Positions 60,406 to 64,000 of a stretch of 64,000 nucleotides of DNA are shown here, piece by piece; the stretch's first letter is position 1, and each line of letters opens with the position of its first letter. The DNA lies in assembly GCA_965223845.1 (NCBI GenBank), contig CBDCXR010000004.1:6223857-6287856 (forward strand), written 5' to 3'. The notes under the pieces are model-generated. The model saw only the letters and a program-made list of their open reading frames with translations, was not told where the DNA came from and did not search any database. Source of the DNA: Planctomycetota bacterium. GTDB taxonomy: Bacteria > Planctomycetota > UBA8108 > SXIK01. The translations under genes and the position numbers were made by a program.

Positions 60406-61871
60406 CGGGATTCCTCCCTTTGAGTTAGAGGGATGACGAAGCGTCCGAGGAGTCGATCGAGCTCCGCTTCGGCGCGCACACGATCGGCGCGGGCGCGCTC
60501 GCGCGCGAGTTGAAACTCGAGGTAGACGCGCTCGGCGTCGATGAGATCGAGGAAGTCCGAGCCGCCCGACTCGAACGAGCTCTCGGTCGAGCCGAGTGAC
60601 TCTTCCGCCTTCGGGATCAGTGTCTCCTCGTAGAGCGTGATCCTCCGCTCGGCATCGCGAAGGTGAAAGAGCGCGAGCTCCACGCTCGCGCGGAGTCGAT
60701 CCCGCGCGCCGGCGTGACGCTCGCGCGCCGATCGCCAGAGCGCGTCCGCTTCGCGCTCGCCGGCCCGGTACTTCTGCCACCAAATCGGCAGCTCGATCGA
60801 GAAGGAGAGCATCCACGGATCCTCGCCGCTGTCGCGTGTTCCGGGTGCGCGCGCGCTTCCGGTCGCGATCGTCTGGACGCCGACCGTGAGATCGGGAACG
60901 TACTCGCGCGCCGCGAGCTTCTTTTGCATGGCTGCGCCCTCGATCTCCTCGCGGAGGGCGAGAAGCTCCGGGTTGTTCGCGTCGACGAACGCGAGGACGG
61001 AGTCGGCGTCGATCTCCGCCGCGCTCGTCAGGAGTTCGCGCGGCCACTCGATCGCGCGTTCGACCGGGAGATGGAGGAGCGAGTTCAGCTTCGCCCGGAG
61101 CGGGCGCTCCGTATCGAGCAGCGTTCGTAGGCCGTCCTCGAGGCGGCCGATCTCGACCTGAAGCCGGAGTAGATCCGGATGGTTCTCCGCTCCGGCGGCG
61201 AGCCGCCTCCGCGCGACGCGTTCGAGTCGCGCGAGGAGGTCGAGGTTCTCGCGCGTGATCGTGACCGAGCGACCGAGGTAGTAGTATTCGGCGAGGGTCG
61301 AGCGGAGCTCGCGGTCGAGGTCGAGCTGGGCGGCGAGGAAGCGTTGCCACGCCGCTGCCGCCTTTGCCTCCTCGATCGAGCCGCGGAGGCGCAGCTTCTC
61401 GAACCACGGGAACGATTGCGTGAGCGCGAAGCTTCTCTCCTGCGGACCGGTTCGCGTCTCCACCGAACGCAGGTACTCGACGTAGGTGAAGCGGGCCTCC
61501 GGTAGCGCCCGGGCCTGCGGCGCGCGTTCGGCCTGAGCGCGCCACGCTTCGTAGAGAGCGCTGAGGCCGGGATTGTTCTCGGCGGCGTAGAGACGCATCG
61601 CGTCGAGGGGCGCGTCAGCGGGGAGTGCAGGCGCGGCGCGGCGCCCGCGACGATCCTCTGACCCAGTGCTCGATGGCGATGGCTCAGTCGGTGTGGGCGA
61701 CGCGGGGGGATCGTCTCGCGAGCGTTCGACGAGCGGGACGGGAAACGGCGCTGTCGGCGCGCGGGCGGGCGAAGCGCAGCCGCCGAACGAGAGAGCCGCC
61801 GCCGCGGCGACGAAGAGCCGCGATCGGGAGGGGTGGAACTCGAGCGAGGGGAAGGGGCGCCGGGAAAACAA
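60402..61871 (-). CDS. cusC: Outer membrane efflux lipoprotein (CusC/TolC family)
   Basis: LFVAAAAALSFGGCASP (lipobox). LDAMRLYAAENNPGLSALYEAW and two OEP repeats. It overlaps the cusB start by 4 nt. Confidence 0.75.
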   Translation of the reverse strand: MFSRRPFPSLEFHPSRSRLFVAAAAALSFGGCASPARAPTAPFPVPLVERSRDDPPASPTPTEPSPSSTGSEDRRGRRAAPALPADAPLDAMRLYAAENNPGLSALYEAWRAQAERAPQARALPEARFTYVEYLRSVETRTGPQERSFALTQSFPWFEKLRLRGSIEEAKAAAAWQRFLAAQLDLDRELRSTLAEYYYLGRSVTITRENLDLLARLERVARRRLAAGAENHPDLLRLQVEIGRLEDGLRTLLDTERPLRAKLNSLLHLPVERAIEWPRELLTSAAEIDADSVLAFVDANNPELLALREEIEGAAMQKKLAAREYVPDLTVGVQTIATGSARAPGTRDSGEDPWMLSFSIELPIWWQKYRAGEREADALWRSARERHAGARDRLRASVELALFHLRDAERRITLYEETLIPKAEESLGSTESSFESGGSDFLDLIDAERVYLEFQLARERARADRVRAEAELDRLLGRFVIPLTQREESR

Positions 61872-62072
61872 GGCGAGTCCTCCTCGGGGACTTTGTCGAA
61901 GAACGGCTTCGACGACGGCGAACGAGCGAGGCGAGAGACCGCGAGAGCAGACCGTCCTCGAACGGCGAGTCCGCTCGCAGAATCCGCGCGCGGTAACGCG
62001 AGAACCGGACGGATTCCGGAGGGTGGCAGAACCGACGAGCGAGAGGCTCTGCGGAATGGCGCGTCCGGACGA

Positions 62073-62492
62073 CTAGCGGACGCGGGGAGGAGCTCGAGCG
62101 CGAGCGGGTCCCGAAGGGGGAGTGACCGGGACGCGGTCGCTCCGGGCCGCGATAGACGCGACCGCATCGAGCGCGGGTGCGCGTCGAGCGGAATTCGCGA
62201 GTGCAGCGGCGACCGGCGCCTCCTGCGTCGACCCGATCCCGAGGATCTCGTCCGTGCACGCACAGAGCCGACTCGGTCCTTCGAGTTCCGGTCGCGATTC
62301 CGGGCTCGCGCTCGCGCGGGGCGCCTCGTCGTTTGCCGCCGACTGGGCGCAGCAGCCGCGCGGGGACTCGGAGGACTCGAGCGCGCTGGCGCTGCAGCAC
62401 TGCACACTCCCGAGACACAAGTGCGGCGCCGCGCCGACGACGAGGGCGGCGACGATGGTGACCCCAGCCGTGAAACGGTGTGCACGCTTCAT
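62073..62492 (-). CDS. Small secreted Cys-rich hypothetical protein just upstream of cusC
   Basis: MKRAHRFTAGVTIVAALVVGAAPHLCLGSVQCCSASALESSESPRGCCAQSAANDE...CACTDE has a clear signal peptide and very high GC3. The C-terminal half is Ala/Pro/Arg-rich and may be over-extended. Confidence 0.35.
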   Translation of the reverse strand: MKRAHRFTAGVTIVAALVVGAAPHLCLGSVQCCSASALESSESPRGCCAQSAANDEAPRASASPESRPELEGPSRLCACTDEILGIGSTQEAPVAAALANSARRAPALDAVASIAARSDRVPVTPPSGPARARAPPRVR

Positions 62493-62603
62493 GATGAAAG
62501 AGTATCAGCGCGAAACGGACGTCGCAAAGTGATCCTTCGCGAAACAGGCCGGCGATGGGAGCGCTCTTGGCTGCGTCCCGGCCTCCTCGCCGTTTGAGTT
62601 CGA

Positions 62604-63722
62604 CTAGGACACGACGGGCGCGCGCTCTTCGAAGAACCAGTCCCAATCGGCGATGAGCTCCGGATCGGGCGCGGACGAATACGTCACCTCGAACGATCCG
62701 TCGTCCGCGCGGCGCGCCCGGGTCGGCTCGGCGAGAAGAAGCCGAGTCTCCTGCTGCGTCACCACGGGGAAGCCGTAGTGCTCGTTCCGGTAACCGAACG
62801 GGCCGGACGAGGCATGACGCGCTCGCACGAACTCACCGTGCGCGCGAATCCGTGCGGCAACTCGCTCGCGCCCCGTCTCGACGACGCGGCCCAGGTCGTC
62901 CCCGAGCGCTCGAGGAAGAGTGTCGTCGAGCTCGTAGCCGATCGAGTTTCGCCCCGAGGCCATCGCCGCGGCGGCCGTCGTTCCGAGCCCGAGGAACGGG
63001 TCGAGGACGGTGTCGCCCTTCGCAGAGAACATGTGGACGAGCCGGTAGGGGAGCTCGAAGGGAAACGCCGCGCTCCGCGTTCGTTCTTCGCGATCGAGCG
63101 CGCGCAGAGAGAGAGCTTGTTTCACCGGATTCAAGTCGGACCACACGTCCGAGAACCACTGGTTTCGCTCCTCCCAGAAGTAGGCGCTTTCTCGACGATT
63201 CGCCTTCTCCGCTGCGCTCGGAAAGTGACGGCGGCCGCCCTTTCGAAAAATGAGCACGTGCTCGTGCTCGAGCGTGACGTACGCGCCGGGAGGGAGCATG
63301 CCCGATCCCATGAACTTGTTCGGCGCGTTGGTCGGCTTGCGCCAGAGGACGGGCGGCAGCGCGACGAAGCCGAGGTCGAGGAACGCGCGGAGGACGCGCG
63401 AGTGGTTCGGGTAGAGCGCGAAGCGTCCGTCGAGGGTGCGCGTCGCATCACCGACGTTGATGCACGCGATGCCGCCGTCGACGAGGACGCGCGCGAGCTC
63501 TCGCCACACGAGGTCGAGAACGCGGTGCATCGCTTCGAAGGCAGCGACACCGTCGCTTCGCTCGAGCGCTGCTCGGACGTCGCCCGACTGCGACGCGAAG
63601 AGATCGTCCCACATCTCGATCATCGGATAAGGGGGCGACGTGACGACAAGCTCGACCGCGGCGCCCGGGACCTCCGTCATGCTGCGGGCATCGCCAATGT
63701 GGATTCGGTGACGGGTGCGCAT
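62604..63722 (-). CDS. DNA methyltransferase (N6-adenine / N4-cytosine beta-class, SPPY motif) with a ~120-aa C-terminal extension
   Basis: RIHIGDARSMTEVPGAAVELVVTSPPYPM carries motif IV SPPY. ...DTVLDPFLGLGTTAAAAMASGRNSIGYELD is the AdoMet motif I region. It follows the DNA_methylase N-4/N-6 domain order. Confidence 0.8.
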   Translation of the reverse strand: MRTRHRIHIGDARSMTEVPGAAVELVVTSPPYPMIEMWDDLFASQSGDVRAALERSDGVAAFEAMHRVLDLVWRELARVLVDGGIACINVGDATRTLDGRFALYPNHSRVLRAFLDLGFVALPPVLWRKPTNAPNKFMGSGMLPPGAYVTLEHEHVLIFRKGGRRHFPSAAEKANRRESAYFWEERNQWFSDVWSDLNPVKQALSLRALDREERTRSAAFPFELPYRLVHMFSAKGDTVLDPFLGLGTTAAAAMASGRNSIGYELDDTLPRALGDDLGRVVETGRERVAARIRAHGEFVRARHASSGPFGYRNEHYGFPVVTQQETRLLLAEPTRARRADDGSFEVTYSSAPDPELIADWDWFFEERAPVVS

Positions 63723-64000
63723 GATCGAAATCGTCCGGGCTCAGGCGGAAGGGCGAGCGAGTGCGCGCGGATTCTACTCGAGTCGGCACCGGCGGGGGCC
63801 CGGAATCCGGACGCGCGACGGGATCGGCGCGATCGTCTCGAAACGGGACAGGCGGGAGCGTTGAACCGGGGATCCGTCGCTTCGAGTTCTTGCCGATTTG
63901 GTCGCGAAACCGGCTCTCGACGAGGCTTCGCCGCGCAATCTCAACCGTCCGGCGGCCCGCGCCGGCATGCGAGTTGCCGTTAGGAAGGGTGACCGATCGA

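Noticed and set aside
60406-61545. Upstream extension of the 1063-aa ORF 58354..61545
   Set aside because: This portion is Arg-rich and overlaps cusC in another frame. CusB starts at the ATG at 60405, which has a strong AGGGAGGAA RBS and a signal-peptide N-terminus.

Overview
This is a ~70% GC bacterial chromosomal segment that encodes both strands densely. The gene content (ECF sigma factor paired with a Ser/Thr kinase, dockerin-tailed secreted beta-propeller/LamG proteins, FG-GAP proteins, HEAT-repeat proteins, pseudopilins) suggests a Planctomycetota-like or similar environmental bacterium; that placement is a guess. Starts were placed by hand from the six-frame ORF track, allowing GTG/TTG starts, and may be off by a few codons; I found no rRNA, tRNA or CRISPR.

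The most unusual feature is a ~585 bp array of nine identical 18-bp perfect palindromes, ATGTTCCACGTGGAACAT, immediately upstream of parA-parB (36463-37047). The palindrome is a symmetric parS variant. Copies 4-6 sit in a ~63-bp higher-order unit whose spacers carry a second conserved palindrome. I read this as a clustered partition centromere.

Other notable features:
- A signal-peptide glutathione peroxidase has an in-frame TGA exactly at the catalytic Cys/Sec position (48426-48428), so it is a probable selenoprotein.
- Three unrelated secreted proteins (a triple LamG protein, a delta-60 beta-propeller, a YWTD beta-propeller) share a ~75-aa C-terminal module: two dockerin-like Ca-binding repeats followed by conserved Cys residues.
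- A ~270-bp lower-GC island is bounded by 26-bp perfect inverted repeats and carries an (AC)9(TC)15 microsatellite. Its right arm overlaps the 3' end of an FG-GAP gene.
- A five-gene minus-strand operon encodes an ABC ATPase, an ABC-2 permease, a double-PDZ protein and two FG-GAP proteins.
- A cusCBA heavy-metal efflux operon sits beside a small Cys-rich secreted protein and a lone DNA methyltransferase.
- The window also holds acetyl-CoA synthetase, alanine-glyoxylate aminotransferase, a FIST domain protein, a C_GCAxxG_C_C redox protein, a YegS-like lipid kinase, a JAMM/MPN protein, a pseudopilin/PilX cluster, TatA and a TolC-like protein, among others.

Several long Arg/Ser/Ala-rich ORFs in the track are antisense or out-of-frame artefacts of the high GC content.
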